A stretch of 64,000 nt of DNA from Gemmatimonadales bacterium (GTDB lineage: Bacteria; Gemmatimonadota; Gemmatimonadetes; Gemmatimonadales; GWC2-71-9), in contig OZ252244.1 in NCBI GenBank assembly GCA_965249575.1, forward strand, positions 928,001-992,000. The letters run 5' to 3'. Numbering within the stretch: position 1 is the first letter of the stretch; each line of letters starts with the position of its first letter. The translations under genes and the position numbers were made by a program. Under the pieces are notes generated by a model, which worked only from the letters and a program-made list of their open reading frames with translations, had not been told where the DNA came from and did not search any database. Positions 42,163-51,924 of the stretch are shown here, piece after piece.

Positions 42163-43218
42163 TCAACTCTCCTGCCTGGATACGAACAGGGTTTGGGTGG
42201 GATAGGCGAACTCGATTCCCTGTTCCTCAAACTGCCGGTGAATGTGCAGGTTAATGGCTTGCTGGATGTCCATGTAGAGGTTGTAATCGGCGGCCAGGAC
42301 GTAGTAGACCGTCTCAAAGTCGATCGAGAAACCACCGTACGCTTTGAAGTGTGAGCGGTCGAAGCGGGCCTGCTCCTGGGACTCAACCGCGTCCCTGATG
42401 ATCGACGGTATGGCCTCGAGCTTTGTCCTCGGCGTCTGGTACGTCACGCCGAGGCTGAACACGACCCGTCGCTGCGTCATCCGCCCGTAGTTGCGGACTC
42501 GGCTGCCGAGCAGGTCGGCGTTCGAGAAGATCAACTGCTCGCCGGAGAGACTCCGGAGCCTTGTGGTCTTGAGTCCGACGTGCTCGACGCTCCCCAGGAA
42601 GTCATCGATGATCAGAAAATCCCCGATGACGAAGGGGCGGTCCAGTACGATGGCGAGGGACGCAAACAGGTCGCCCAAGACGTTCTGGACGGCAAGGGCC
42701 ACGGCGATCCCGCCCACACCCAGACCAGCCACCAGCGCCGTGATATCGACGCCGAGGTTGTCTAGCGACAGGAGGAGCACGATCGCCCATACGAGGAGCT
42801 TTACAAGGAAGCTGAGCGCGCCAACCATGGTGGCGGCGCCAGCGTCCTCCTGAAGGCGACGGGCCTGGTAGCGCTGAATGATGACGGTTGTGGCCGCGGC
42901 GCCCCAGAGTCCCGCCTGGATGAGGAACGCGATGACCGCGAGGCTGGTCAGCACATCCCGCCCGCGCTGGGGGAGATCGAGGACCTGCGAGCCCGCAACG
43001 GCAGCCAGCAGCAGAACGAAAAACAGCTTCGTTCCCCGCAGCAGGCCGGTGACGAGATCGGCCCAGTTGGCCTCCGCCTGTTGCGCGACCTTGCCGATGC
43101 GGCGAACGGCAACGCTCAGGACGAGGCGAAGGACCAGCAGGGTCACGACCGCTACTGCCAGCGCAACAGACCAGGCCTGCAGCGTGTTTCCGTAGAAGCT
43201 GCTTTCGAGAAAACTCAT
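42163..43218 (-). CDS. Mechanosensitive ion channel, MscS family
   Basis: LGVGGIAVALAVQNVLGDLFAS, DRPFVIGD, GIEFAYPTQT. Confidence 0.95.
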   Translation of the reverse strand: MSFLESSFYGNTLQAWSVALAVAVVTLLVLRLVLSVAVRRIGKVAQQAEANWADLVTGLLRGTKLFFVLLLAAVAGSQVLDLPQRGRDVLTSLAVIAFLIQAGLWGAAATTVIIQRYQARRLQEDAGAATMVGALSFLVKLLVWAIVLLLSLDNLGVDITALVAGLGVGGIAVALAVQNVLGDLFASLAIVLDRPFVIGDFLIIDDFLGSVEHVGLKTTRLRSLSGEQLIFSNADLLGSRVRNYGRMTQRRVVFSLGVTYQTPRTKLEAIPSIIRDAVESQEQARFDRSHFKAYGGFSIDFETVYYVLAADYNLYMDIQQAINLHIHRQFEEQGIEFAYPTQTLFVSRQES

Positions 43219-43505
43219 TTCCGGTGCTGGCGCTCCGTTCCGGGGGGTGACAGACGGGAACCAGTTCGGCCGCGCGGGCCGAGCCTCTTCGCCGTCTAAC
43301 CAACCAATAACGAGAGTGCCCGTCAACTGCTTGCTGGGGCCTGCCTCGGTCTGCAAATTCCTGTTGCGCCAGACTCGCTGGTGCCTGCCACAGAGGCATC
43401 ACGCACTGTAGGACCCGAGTGCCGACCGGCGCAGGGCGGGGCCCACGACGCGCTGACGCTCGTCGCAGCGACTGGCACCTACGTACTCTTCGATACTCTT
43501 CTCTC

Positions 43506-43720
43506 ATGACGATCGATGGTCTGACCCGTTCCCGCGTGCGCTGCTGGCGCATGTCCCGACACCCTTGGAGCCTCTGCCCAACTTGTCACGGGTACTCGGC
43601 GTTGACGGCCTCTTTGTGAAGAGGGACGATTGCACAGGCCTGGCGATGGGCGGCAACAAGGCCCGGAAGCTCGAGTTCTACTTTGGTGACGCGCAGGCTC
43701 GCGGCGCTTCGGTAATCCTC
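43506..43720 (+). pseudogene. D-cysteine desulfhydrase/ACC deaminase family N-terminal fragment
   Basis: PTPLEPLPNLS, VKRDDCTGLAMGGNKARKLEF; truncated about 50 bp from the tRNA-Trp 3' end. Confidence 0.8.
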
Positions 43721-43767
43721 AATTACTGGGGCAAAGCAATCGAGCCGCGACGTCGTCGCGGCTTTCA

Positions 43768-43840
43768 CAGGCCCGGCAGGACTCGAACCTGCAACCCCCG
43801 GTTTTGGAGACCGGTGCTCTACCAGTTGAGCTACGAGCCT
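43768..43840 (-). tRNA. tRNA-Trp (CCA)
   Basis: AGGCTCG/CGGGCCT acceptor stem, anticodon loop CTCCAAA, GGTTCGAGTCC T-arm; CCA tail not encoded. Confidence 0.97.
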
Positions 43841-43856
43841 AGACAAACAACACGAT

Positions 43857-43887
43857 CACTCACCACTCACCACTCACCACTCACCAC
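43857..43887. repeat. (CACTCAC)~4 heptamer run between the tRNAs
   Basis: Reverse complement of the GTGAGTG unit at 23.5 kb. Confidence 0.85.
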
Positions 43888-43891
43888 CAGG

Positions 43892-43966
43892 GGTGGCTGA
43901 CGGGAATTGAACCCGCAACCTCCGGAGCCACAGTCCGGCGCTCTAACCAATTGAGCTACAGCCACC
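43892..43966 (-). tRNA. tRNA-His (GTG)
   Basis: G-1 plus GTGGCTG/CAGCCAC, loop CTGTGGC, GGTTCAATTCC. Confidence 0.97.
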
Positions 43967-44000
43967 GCGTAGGGGATGGCGGATAGGGAGTTGGGGACCC

Positions 44001-45350
44001 CTACTCCTTACTCCCCTCTTCCCCCTCCATCCTACGGGCAATTTCCGCCAACTTCGCGTCGATCTCCTCTTTTGGCAGCCATCGCCCTCGTACCATGACC
44101 CCCGCCTGCTGGTGCACGTTGCGAATGTCGGCTAGCGGACTCGCGTCGAGCAGCAACAGATCAGCACGCCGGCCCACCTCCACCGAGCCGAACTCCTCGC
44201 CCAAACCGAAGTACTCGGCGGCGTTCCGCGTCCCGGCCTGGAGCACACCATATATAGGAATACCCGCCTCCACCATGGCCGGCATCTCGTGCTCCAGCGA
44301 AAACCCGGGAACGCTGAAAATCTGCGGCGCGTCGGAGCCAAGCAAGATCCTGGCCCCGGCATCGTACAGCGCCTTGAGCGTTCGGTTGCGGGCCGCAATC
44401 TCGCGCCGGCCGGCTTCCGGATCGGCAACCCGCCCGTTGTAGCCGACCTTTCGCTCGACCCAGTTATCGAGCGTCGCTCGCGGGACATACCGCATCTCGC
44501 CCCGGCTCCGTAGGTCGTCGACCGGTTCGACCAAGAGGATCCTCTTCCACAAGTCCAGTGTGGGCGCGAGCGATATTCCCGCCTGCTGCGACGCCTTTGC
44601 GAGCTCGGCAATCGTGGCGTCATCATCCCCCGCCTCGTCGTAGTAGCCGTCGAGATGGTCGATGTCCTGCCCCGCGGCGATCGCTCTTCGCACGCCGACA
44701 TCGTTCGGAACGTGACCGGCGTACTTGATGCGCGCGGCCTTCGCCGTCTGCACGATGGCCTCGTATTCCTCGGGCGAGAGGCCCTCGTGAATTTTGAGCA
44801 GATCGTAGCCCGCCTTCTTGTGCTCCTGCACCAGTTGTCGCGCGTGCTCCGGCCCTTCGACCCGGTCTCCGAGATAGGCGGGACTCGCAGTGTAGATCGT
44901 CGGGCCGAGGATGTCGCCCTTGCGTATCCGGTCCCGCAGCTTGAACTGGTTCGGGTACCCAAACATGGTCCGGACCGTGGTCACCCCGCGCAAGACGTAG
45001 AGCGCGAGGTAGGCCTCGGTCACCTCCGCCGCCGTGGTCGGCGGTGGGATGTGCCCGTGCATTTCCGCCAGACCCGGCATGAGGAACTTCTCCCGGCCGT
45101 CCACCCGGACGGCGCCCGCCGGGATCGGGACCATCGTCGCCAGCCCGATCTCGGCGATTCGGCCGTCGCGGACGATTACCGTCTGGTTGCGGTCCGCCCC
45201 TCGCCGGGCCATGGACACGACGTTGACCCCCACGAACGCGACCGGCTTGGACGCGTCTTGTGCAACTGCTTTTCCAGCCGGCGCCGCAACGGCGAGAAGA
45301 GCGAGCCCCGCCGACACCACGCCGCGCGGTTGGATTTCTGACGGCTTCAT
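44001..45350 (-). CDS. Secreted amidohydrolase family protein
   Basis: MPGLAEMHGH, GVTTVR, LGSDAP, GRRADLLLLDASPL. Confidence 0.9.
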   Translation of the reverse strand: MKPSEIQPRGVVSAGLALLAVAAPAGKAVAQDASKPVAFVGVNVVSMARRGADRNQTVIVRDGRIAEIGLATMVPIPAGAVRVDGREKFLMPGLAEMHGHIPPPTTAAEVTEAYLALYVLRGVTTVRTMFGYPNQFKLRDRIRKGDILGPTIYTASPAYLGDRVEGPEHARQLVQEHKKAGYDLLKIHEGLSPEEYEAIVQTAKAARIKYAGHVPNDVGVRRAIAAGQDIDHLDGYYDEAGDDDATIAELAKASQQAGISLAPTLDLWKRILLVEPVDDLRSRGEMRYVPRATLDNWVERKVGYNGRVADPEAGRREIAARNRTLKALYDAGARILLGSDAPQIFSVPGFSLEHEMPAMVEAGIPIYGVLQAGTRNAAEYFGLGEEFGSVEVGRRADLLLLDASPLADIRNVHQQAGVMVRGRWLPKEEIDAKLAEIARRMEGEEGSKE

Positions 45351-45465
45351 GCCGATTGCCTCCTTCCAGAAACGAAGGTCTAGCCACTTCGCCTCTCCAA
45401 CGGGAAAACTCGCCGGGATGCGCGGCAATTGAAAGGGCCTGCTGCCAACCAGCACGGCGACGGAT

Positions 45466-46197
45466 TTAGTGGTCCGCAGGCCGCGCCGCGATCACCTGAT
45501 GCCCGATGACGAGCAGGATCGTGGCGCCCGCCCGCAGGCTGCCGAGCACCGTGCCGCTGATCTTCGAGCGGCCGCTCCTTCGCCGGCGGTAACGGGTCGG
45601 GATTTCCCGGAACCGTAACCCGGCACGCGCAACCTTGATCTGCATCTCGACGGTCCAGCCGAAATCCCGGTCCTGCATGTCGAGCTCCCTGAGGACTTGA
45701 AGCCGCACGGCACGACAGGGAGCCAAGTCACTGAATCGCGCGCTCCAGATGGAGGAGATAAGGAAGCACGCGAGGCGGTTCCCCACGCACTGGAGGAACG
45801 TCAGGGCGCCGGGCTCTCCCGCCGCCAGCGTGCGGCTCGCGAGCATGAGATCGACGTCTCCCTCGACGACCGGCTTCGTGAGGGACGGGACGATTTGGGG
45901 GTCGTCGCTCCCGTCGGCGTCGAGAAACAGGACCACGTCGCGCGCAGCAGCATCCGCAAGCGCGGCGAGACCCGCGAGGCACGCGGCACCGTACCCTCGC
46001 TCGGGCTCCGCAACGACGGTCGCGCCAGACGCAGCCGCCACGGCGGCGGTGCGGTCGCGCGATCCGTTGTCGACCACGATAATGTTGAGGTCGGCGAGCG
46101 CGTTCAGATCGTGCAGGACAGCGGGAAGCGTCCGCTCCTCGTCGAGAGCCGGAATGATCACGTGAACGCGGGGGGTGGGCGATTCAAGCGCTGTCAC
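45466..46197 (-). CDS. GT2 family glycosyltransferase (polyprenyl-phosphate sugar synthase-like)
   Basis: IIPALDEE, VVDNGSRD, GYGAAC, FLDADGSD, GWTVEMQ, SKISGT; start uncertain. Confidence 0.9.
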   Translation of the reverse strand: MTALESPTPRVHVIIPALDEERTLPAVLHDLNALADLNIIVVDNGSRDRTAAVAAASGATVVAEPERGYGAACLAGLAALADAAARDVVLFLDADGSDDPQIVPSLTKPVVEGDVDLMLASRTLAAGEPGALTFLQCVGNRLACFLISSIWSARFSDLAPCRAVRLQVLRELDMQDRDFGWTVEMQIKVARAGLRFREIPTRYRRRRSGRSKISGTVLGSLRAGATILLVIGHQVIAARPADH

Positions 46198-46199
46198 GG

Positions 46200-47501
46200 T
46201 TGAGCTCTCAGGGCCCGACGGGGCGATGGACGCCGATCCTCGCATCGCTCGTACTCAGCGAAACGCTTGTCCTCGCCTGGCTCGCGCAGATCGAGCCGTT
46301 GCCGGTCCCGAAGCTGCTGCTGGGATACGGCCTGGCCTTCGCTGCATATGTGGCCCTGGTGCTGCTGATCAAGCGGGTCAGGACACCTCTCTGGGTCTGG
46401 TTCGTGGCGGCGCTGGTCCTGCGACTCCCATGGCTTTCGGCGCCTCCCTCCCTCTCGGACGACGCCTGGCGGTATCTCCACGACGGCCGTGCGCAGGTGG
46501 CCGGCGTCAATCCGTTTCTCCATCCGCCCGCCGCTCCCGAGTCCAACGCCTACTCCGGTCCCGAGCGCGGGCTGATCAACAATCCGGACCTGCCGACCGT
46601 CTACCCGCCCGCGGCGCAGATCGTGTTTCTCCTCGCCATGGCAATCTCCGCCTCGCTGCTATCGTGGAAGCTCGTGCTTCTCTTGTTCGATCTTGGCATC
46701 GGTGCCGCCGTGGCGCTACTGCTCCACTCAAGACGCCGACCAACGAGTTACGCCGCGATATACCTCCTGCATCCGCTCGCCGTCATCGAATTCGCCGGCA
46801 ACGGCCATGTGGACGCGGTGGCGATCTTCCTGCTAATGCTGAGCCTCGCCCTCCTCCAACGGGAGCGTCTCGCGGCCGGGGCCACCATCGCCCTCTCCGT
46901 CGCCGCGAAGTACCTCGCGGCACCCCTCATCCCGTTCTTCGCCCGCGCAACAGCCGCACCATGGAAGCTCGTCGCGATCGCGCTCACAACGCTTGCCGCC
47001 GTATACCTCCCCTACGTTGGCGCACCACCGCTCGGGAGTCTCGGGATCTTCGCGCGCACGTTCGAGTTCAACGGCTCGCTCTTTTGGCTGTTGGCGCCAC
47101 TTGGAGCGGTCCCCTCTCGGGCCATCTTGGGCGCGCTCCTGCTCGCCGGGCTCGCCTGGGCCTGGCGAGCCAGGTGGCCGACGGACTCCGTGACATTCTG
47201 GTGGATCGCCGCAGTGCTCCTGGGATCCCCGATCGTTCACCCATGGTACGTCGTGTGGCTCATCCCGTTCCTGGCATGGCGTGACGAATGGTGGGCATTG
47301 GTGTGGACTGGGACGGTGATGATCTCCTACACAGTGCTGTCGGAATGGCGGGCGGAAGGCGTGTGGACACTACCGACATGGGCGGCGGTGGTAGAGTATG
47401 TGCCGGTGTATGGGGCGTTGGTGATAAGAGGTGTCGGGTGGCGGGTGCCGGGTGCCAGGTGCCAGGCGTTTAGGTGTCAGATCCGAGTAGGTCCCGACTA
47501 G
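46200..47501 (+). CDS. GT-C (GT87/DUF2029-like) polytopic membrane glycosyltransferase
   Basis: LSDDAWRYLHDG, YPP, EFAGNGHVD, HPWY. Confidence 0.85.
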   Translation: MSSQGPTGRWTPILASLVLSETLVLAWLAQIEPLPVPKLLLGYGLAFAAYVALVLLIKRVRTPLWVWFVAALVLRLPWLSAPPSLSDDAWRYLHDGRAQVAGVNPFLHPPAAPESNAYSGPERGLINNPDLPTVYPPAAQIVFLLAMAISASLLSWKLVLLLFDLGIGAAVALLLHSRRRPTSYAAIYLLHPLAVIEFAGNGHVDAVAIFLLMLSLALLQRERLAAGATIALSVAAKYLAAPLIPFFARATAAPWKLVAIALTTLAAVYLPYVGAPPLGSLGIFARTFEFNGSLFWLLAPLGAVPSRAILGALLLAGLAWAWRARWPTDSVTFWWIAAVLLGSPIVHPWYVVWLIPFLAWRDEWWALVWTGTVMISYTVLSEWRAEGVWTLPTWAAVVEYVPVYGALVIRGVGWRVPGARCQAFRCQIRVGPD

Positions 47502-47537
47502 CCGCTTCCTGAATCCCTGACACCTGACACCTGGCAC

Positions 47538-47798
47538 CTAGTGAATCATCCTCACATCCCGCGATCCGCGCGCAACGCCCGTCGCAACGCCAATCCCAAG
47601 CGCCACAGCCGTGACGGCACCCACGACCGGAAGGACCCAGACCACCGGGGCGGCGATCGCCGTGGCAGCGGCCCCCGCGATCACCGGGGCAGTGGGACGG
47701 TGCGCACGGTCCACGAACCGCAACCGCCCGTGTACGAAGCCCCGAACCTTGATGTGAGTGACGATCGCGGCGGCGCCGGCGATGAGTAGCTCGATCAT
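47538..47798 (-). CDS. Small membrane protein
   Basis: AGGAG RBS; RGFVHGRLRFVD plus hydrophobic hairpin. Confidence 0.7.
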   Translation of the reverse strand: MIELLIAGAAAIVTHIKVRGFVHGRLRFVDRAHRPTAPVIAGAAATAIAAPVVWVLPVVGAVTAVALGIGVATGVARGSRDVRMIH

Positions 47799-47938
47799 TA
47801 GGAACTCCTGTCTACGCGTTCAGTTCCGGGACCCGAGTAGATCTAATCTTACGACGGGGCGGAGGGAGAGGAGGTTTCAGGTGCCAGGTGTCAGTCAGTT
47901 GCCGTGACGGGGGTGCATACTGGTACCTGACACCTGCC

Positions 47939-50428
47939 CTACCCCCCAATCGGCTGCCCCGCCGGCCGCTCCGGCACCTCCGACGGTGCGGTGATCCCTT
48001 CCGGCCGGTCTTGCCAGCGCAGAATGTCTTCCAGGGCGAGCGCGTTGTGCGCCGATTCCTCGGTATGCTCCTCGAGCCACGCCCCAAGCTCGGCGATCTT
48101 TGCACTCAACACCGCCCGTACCGCCGGGGTATTGCCCTTGAATCCCGCCTGCTCGATTAGGCGATCGAGCAGGGCTCGTTGCGCGACTCGCTGCACGGCG
48201 GCGTGATAGGTGTTCGCCGGCACCGGGGCGTACCAGGTGGCCGCGAACAGCGCGTCCGTTACTTCAGGGAGACCAGGATACTCTTGGCTCCGCGAGTGAA
48301 ACTCGACCAGGCGCGCCATGCGTTCCGGCTGGAGCAGTAGACTCACCGTGAAATCTGCTGCCACGGCGGCCGCACCGAGCGGATCGAGTGTCGGGTTGGT
48401 TCGGTTCGCGAACGTCTCACCCGATGCCATTCCGTACGCACGGGGGGGGATGAGCGCGAGGACGCGCTCCGGAATGGCGAGAAACGACGGGGAGAGCGTC
48501 TCTAGCGCGGCGCCCAGGGCCTCACGCTGCCTCGCGCCCGGCACCACGACGACGGGTGTTTGGCCGTCGCCGCGCAGGGCAAAGCTATAGTCGGCACCGC
48601 CGATGCTGTGGATGGCGGCCTTCAACTGATAGCGGTGGTGCAGGTACAAAGGCACCAGCACCTCTTCGGCGCTGGCGAGCGGCTCGCCGGGACCCACGAC
48701 GGGCTCGCCAAACGTGTCGAGGCCGATGCGCCGCACCTCGATCTCGTGTCGCAACGTTGCGATCGGGTCGGCGCCGTTGTCCCACAGTGCCGCCAGCGGG
48801 TGCGCCGCGCCATCCGGGCGGGCGTCCTGATCGGTGAGGTAACGCATTCCCCGAGTCAGGCCATCATGGACGATTGCCTCGAGTGCCTCCTCCTCGTCGG
48901 TGCCCGACGCGAAATCACTGTACAGCCACTTGACCGAGAGCTTGTCGTACTCGCCGATGCCCACTGCGTACGCGTCTGAGAGATCGATCGTGCCATCCGG
49001 CGCGATGCGCACTGTTGGCGCCGGATAATCCATGACGCTCGCCCGTCCGTAGGTGCTGGCGATGTAGTTGTGTGGAAACCCCAGGGTGTGACCCACTTCG
49101 TGGGCGGAGAGCTGCCGCACCCGCGCGAGCGCCATCTCGGCCGGCGTCGCTCCGGCTCCGACCTTGGCCAGATATCCGAAACCAGGCCCGTCACACATGT
49201 CGCAGCCACTCAAACTCGACCCGATCGGCGGCGCGAGCCCCAGGCCCAGCAGATTGTCCTGGCGCAGTCGCAGGCTCCCGAGATTCACGTTCCCTTTGAG
49301 GATCTCGCCGCTTCGTGGATCGACCACTGAGTTCCCGTAGGACCACCCGCGCGTGGACCGGTGAGTCCAGTGGATCATGTTGTACCGGACGTCCTGCGGG
49401 TCGGCGCCCTCCGGAAGGACCTCGACACGCAGCGCGTCGATGAATCCGGCTTCCTCGAACGCCTCGTTCCACCATGCACCGCCCTCGATGAGTGCGCTCC
49501 GCACCGGCTCGGGCGTTCCCCGATCCAGGTAGTAGACGATCGGCTCGATCGGCTCGGAACGGTCCGCACTCGGATCTCTCTTCTCGAGCCGGTAGCGGAC
49601 CGCCCATCGATTGGTGAGCGGCTGATCGATGGGAGTGGCGTAGTCGTTGAACCGCATGCCGATGACCCCGATGCGCGGGTCGGTCTTTCGGGGTGTATAC
49701 CCCGGCTCGGGCAGGCGAACCAACGAATGGTGTTGCCGGACGGTAATCGCCTCCCCCGACGGCGCCGTGCTCGACACCAGCTGACCGGGGTCCCGGGTCG
49801 TGAAGGTAAGCGACGCCTCAACCTCGGTATTGCGCGGGAAAGACCTGGTCCGCGGCATGTGCAGCACGCTCCGGCTTCTCGCGAGCTGGTAACCACCCTG
49901 GCCCCGCGCATCCAGGCGGCGAGCCACGCCGTGCGCGTCACGCAGGAAGAAGTCAGTTGCGTTGACCAGGACCCGGTCGTCCGTTTCGGCCTCAACGGTG
50001 AATCCCCAATGGGTCGACGGCGCGAAAGCGTCTGTTACTGCCCGCACTTCATCCGGGTCCGATGAGAGCGCTCGGTACCGATAGTTGGGCTCGACGAGGA
50101 GAACGGTTGGTCCGACCCGCCGGGCGACGAGGAGATGGGTACCGCCAAGCTGTCCGCGGTCGAGCCCGACTGGATTGCTGCCAATGCCCGACGCCAGAGA
50201 CACCTGATAGAGGAATTCGCTCTCCCACCTGTCGATCTCCCAGTAGAGCTTCCCCTCGCGCTCATCCCAATAGAGGTCGAAGAACCCTTCGAGGTGGTCC
50301 ATACCTCCGGTCTTCACCTCGATCGTCGGCGGCCCCTCTCGCTCCATATCGGGGATATCCTGGGACATGGCGGGCGGCGCAACGCCCCACAGCAGCAGTC
50401 CCGCAATCAAAGTCGGTATGCGACTCAT
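47939..50428 (-). CDS. Zinc-dependent metalloprotease (DUF5117/DUF4953, EcxA-like)
   Basis: GLDRGQ, PIVYYLD, HEVGHTLGFPHN, SVMDYP; signal peptide; GGAGG RBS. Confidence 0.92.
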   Translation of the reverse strand: MSRIPTLIAGLLLWGVAPPAMSQDIPDMEREGPPTIEVKTGGMDHLEGFFDLYWDEREGKLYWEIDRWESEFLYQVSLASGIGSNPVGLDRGQLGGTHLLVARRVGPTVLLVEPNYRYRALSSDPDEVRAVTDAFAPSTHWGFTVEAETDDRVLVNATDFFLRDAHGVARRLDARGQGGYQLARSRSVLHMPRTRSFPRNTEVEASLTFTTRDPGQLVSSTAPSGEAITVRQHHSLVRLPEPGYTPRKTDPRIGVIGMRFNDYATPIDQPLTNRWAVRYRLEKRDPSADRSEPIEPIVYYLDRGTPEPVRSALIEGGAWWNEAFEEAGFIDALRVEVLPEGADPQDVRYNMIHWTHRSTRGWSYGNSVVDPRSGEILKGNVNLGSLRLRQDNLLGLGLAPPIGSSLSGCDMCDGPGFGYLAKVGAGATPAEMALARVRQLSAHEVGHTLGFPHNYIASTYGRASVMDYPAPTVRIAPDGTIDLSDAYAVGIGEYDKLSVKWLYSDFASGTDEEEALEAIVHDGLTRGMRYLTDQDARPDGAAHPLAALWDNGADPIATLRHEIEVRRIGLDTFGEPVVGPGEPLASAEEVLVPLYLHHRYQLKAAIHSIGGADYSFALRGDGQTPVVVVPGARQREALGAALETLSPSFLAIPERVLALIPPRAYGMASGETFANRTNPTLDPLGAAAVAADFTVSLLLQPERMARLVEFHSRSQEYPGLPEVTDALFAATWYAPVPANTYHAAVQRVAQRALLDRLIEQAGFKGNTPAVRAVLSAKIAELGAWLEEHTEESAHNALALEDILRWQDRPEGITAPSEVPERPAGQPIGG

Positions 50429-50686
50429 TCCTCCTCCTTCGTTGTGACCCCGGATCTCTTGACCCAGGTGACCACACCGCCCACCGCCACCGCTCGAGCT
50501 AGGACATTCCGAAGGTGATCCTGTCCAATCGTAAGGACATTGCCCGGCACGCGGGAGGCTACCAAGCGCCGAACTCCAGCATACACAAACAGTTATCCGT
50601 TACAGCCGCCATGGCATGTCTCTGGCAACGCAAGCGGCGTTGGATTTGACGACCATCCTACTCCATCAACCCGGGAGTCGCACGCC

Positions 50687-51332
50687 ATGCGAGCGGCAGT
50701 GGGCAGAACCGGATCGCGCGCGGGGGGAAGGTTCATCGCCGCACTAACGATTCTGGCAGCCTTTGGCTGCGGGCGGAAGGTCATGGTACCGCCGCGGCTC
50801 GATCTCGCACCTCACCGGCCGGTGGGGTTGGTCACGTTCACCATCGAGAGTGCCAAGGGCGCGCTCAACGTCGTCGCAACCGAGCGGTTCGCGGCCGATG
50901 TTTTTGCGGGCCAGAGCGATGTGGAGCTGCTCGAGCTCGGCGAGCTGGACGACGCTCTCGCGCGAATCGGAATGGATCGAATGGACCCCGAGGCAGCCAG
51001 CGCCATCGGCGAGGCGTTTCGACGTTCCTGCAGTCTTCGTAGGACACCTGATTGTATCCGACGCCAAGCCGCGAGCATCGCTGGCGAGGTTCCCCAGCAT
51101 CAGTGCCACGGTGGACGTGGCGATGACGGTCCGGTTGTTCGCGACTGCATCGGGCGCAACGATCTGGAGCAACACCGCACGCACCACGGAGACGATCGCG
51201 GAGGTCGCGCTCGACAGCGGGGTCCCGTACTTCTCAGCCGAGGATCCCGACGAGGCCTATGGTGCGATGGTTGACGCCCTCGCATACGAGGTCACCAGGG
51301 ACCTGCGGCCTACGTACGTGCGGCAGGAGTAG
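50687..51332 (+). pseudogene. Lipoprotein (CsgG/LpoB-like fold candidate), frameshifted near 51020
   Basis: Lipobox AFGC; continues VPAVFVGHL...TASGATIWS in another frame. Confidence 0.6.
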
Positions 51333-51432
51333 GAGAAGTGTCAGGTTCCAGGGACCGGGTTCCAGGGCAGTTCCTTCGGACACCTGGCACCTGACACCGG
51401 ACACCTCTACTCAGTCGAGCCCGCCGGGATTT

Positions 51433-51738
51433 TCAGGAGCCACCCTTTTCCTGGGCGCTCCCACGGTGGCCGGCGGCCACCGTGTGTTCCTGAACGAACG
51501 TAGAGCAGTTCGCGACCCAGTACGCGAGAGCACCCCAAACGCCCGAGAGCAGAACGATGGCGCCCCAGAACCACGCCGGGGTTCCGAAGAGCAGTTGCGG
51601 CCGCGTGCGTGCGTCCCGCACGACGTAGAACGCGAGGCCAACGTGAACGATGACACGCAACGCGTTCGCCAACCAATGGAACCTCCACAGGAAGTCGAGG
51701 TCCCAGTGCCAACCGCTGAGTAGCAGCTCAAGCTCCAT
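51433..51738 (-). CDS. Hypothetical small membrane protein
   Basis: GGAGG RBS; Trp-rich TM segments. Confidence 0.6.
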   Translation of the reverse strand: MELELLLSGWHWDLDFLWRFHWLANALRVIVHVGLAFYVVRDARTRPQLLFGTPAWFWGAIVLLSGVWGALAYWVANCSTFVQEHTVAAGHRGSAQEKGGS

Positions 51739-51924
51739 CGGCCGTCCTCCCGTAGTATGGCATGCGGGGTACGGGGCCCTACAGCCAAGCGCACCCTCCC
51801 TGCGGGATTGGACGGCGCTCGCTACCGGAAGGTTTCAGCGTGGGTGGGATAGCGTGGGTGGCGGGCCTGTCGCGTGTCAGGTGTCAGGGGGCGCTTCTTC
51901 TGGCACCTGACACCTGACACTTGC

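Noticed and set aside
43290..43375. attC site upstream of the mscS gene (GTTAGAC), also GTTAGGC near 42055
   Set aside because: A core-like heptamer is present but there is no convincing complementary arm
29551..43840. CRISPR array interpretation of the recurring 19-42 bp repeat
   Set aside because: The repeat is the tRNA-Trp 3' end, the spacing is mostly kilobases, and no cas genes are present
29459..43840. Prophage or ICE
   Set aside because: No structural, replication, relaxase or conjugation genes
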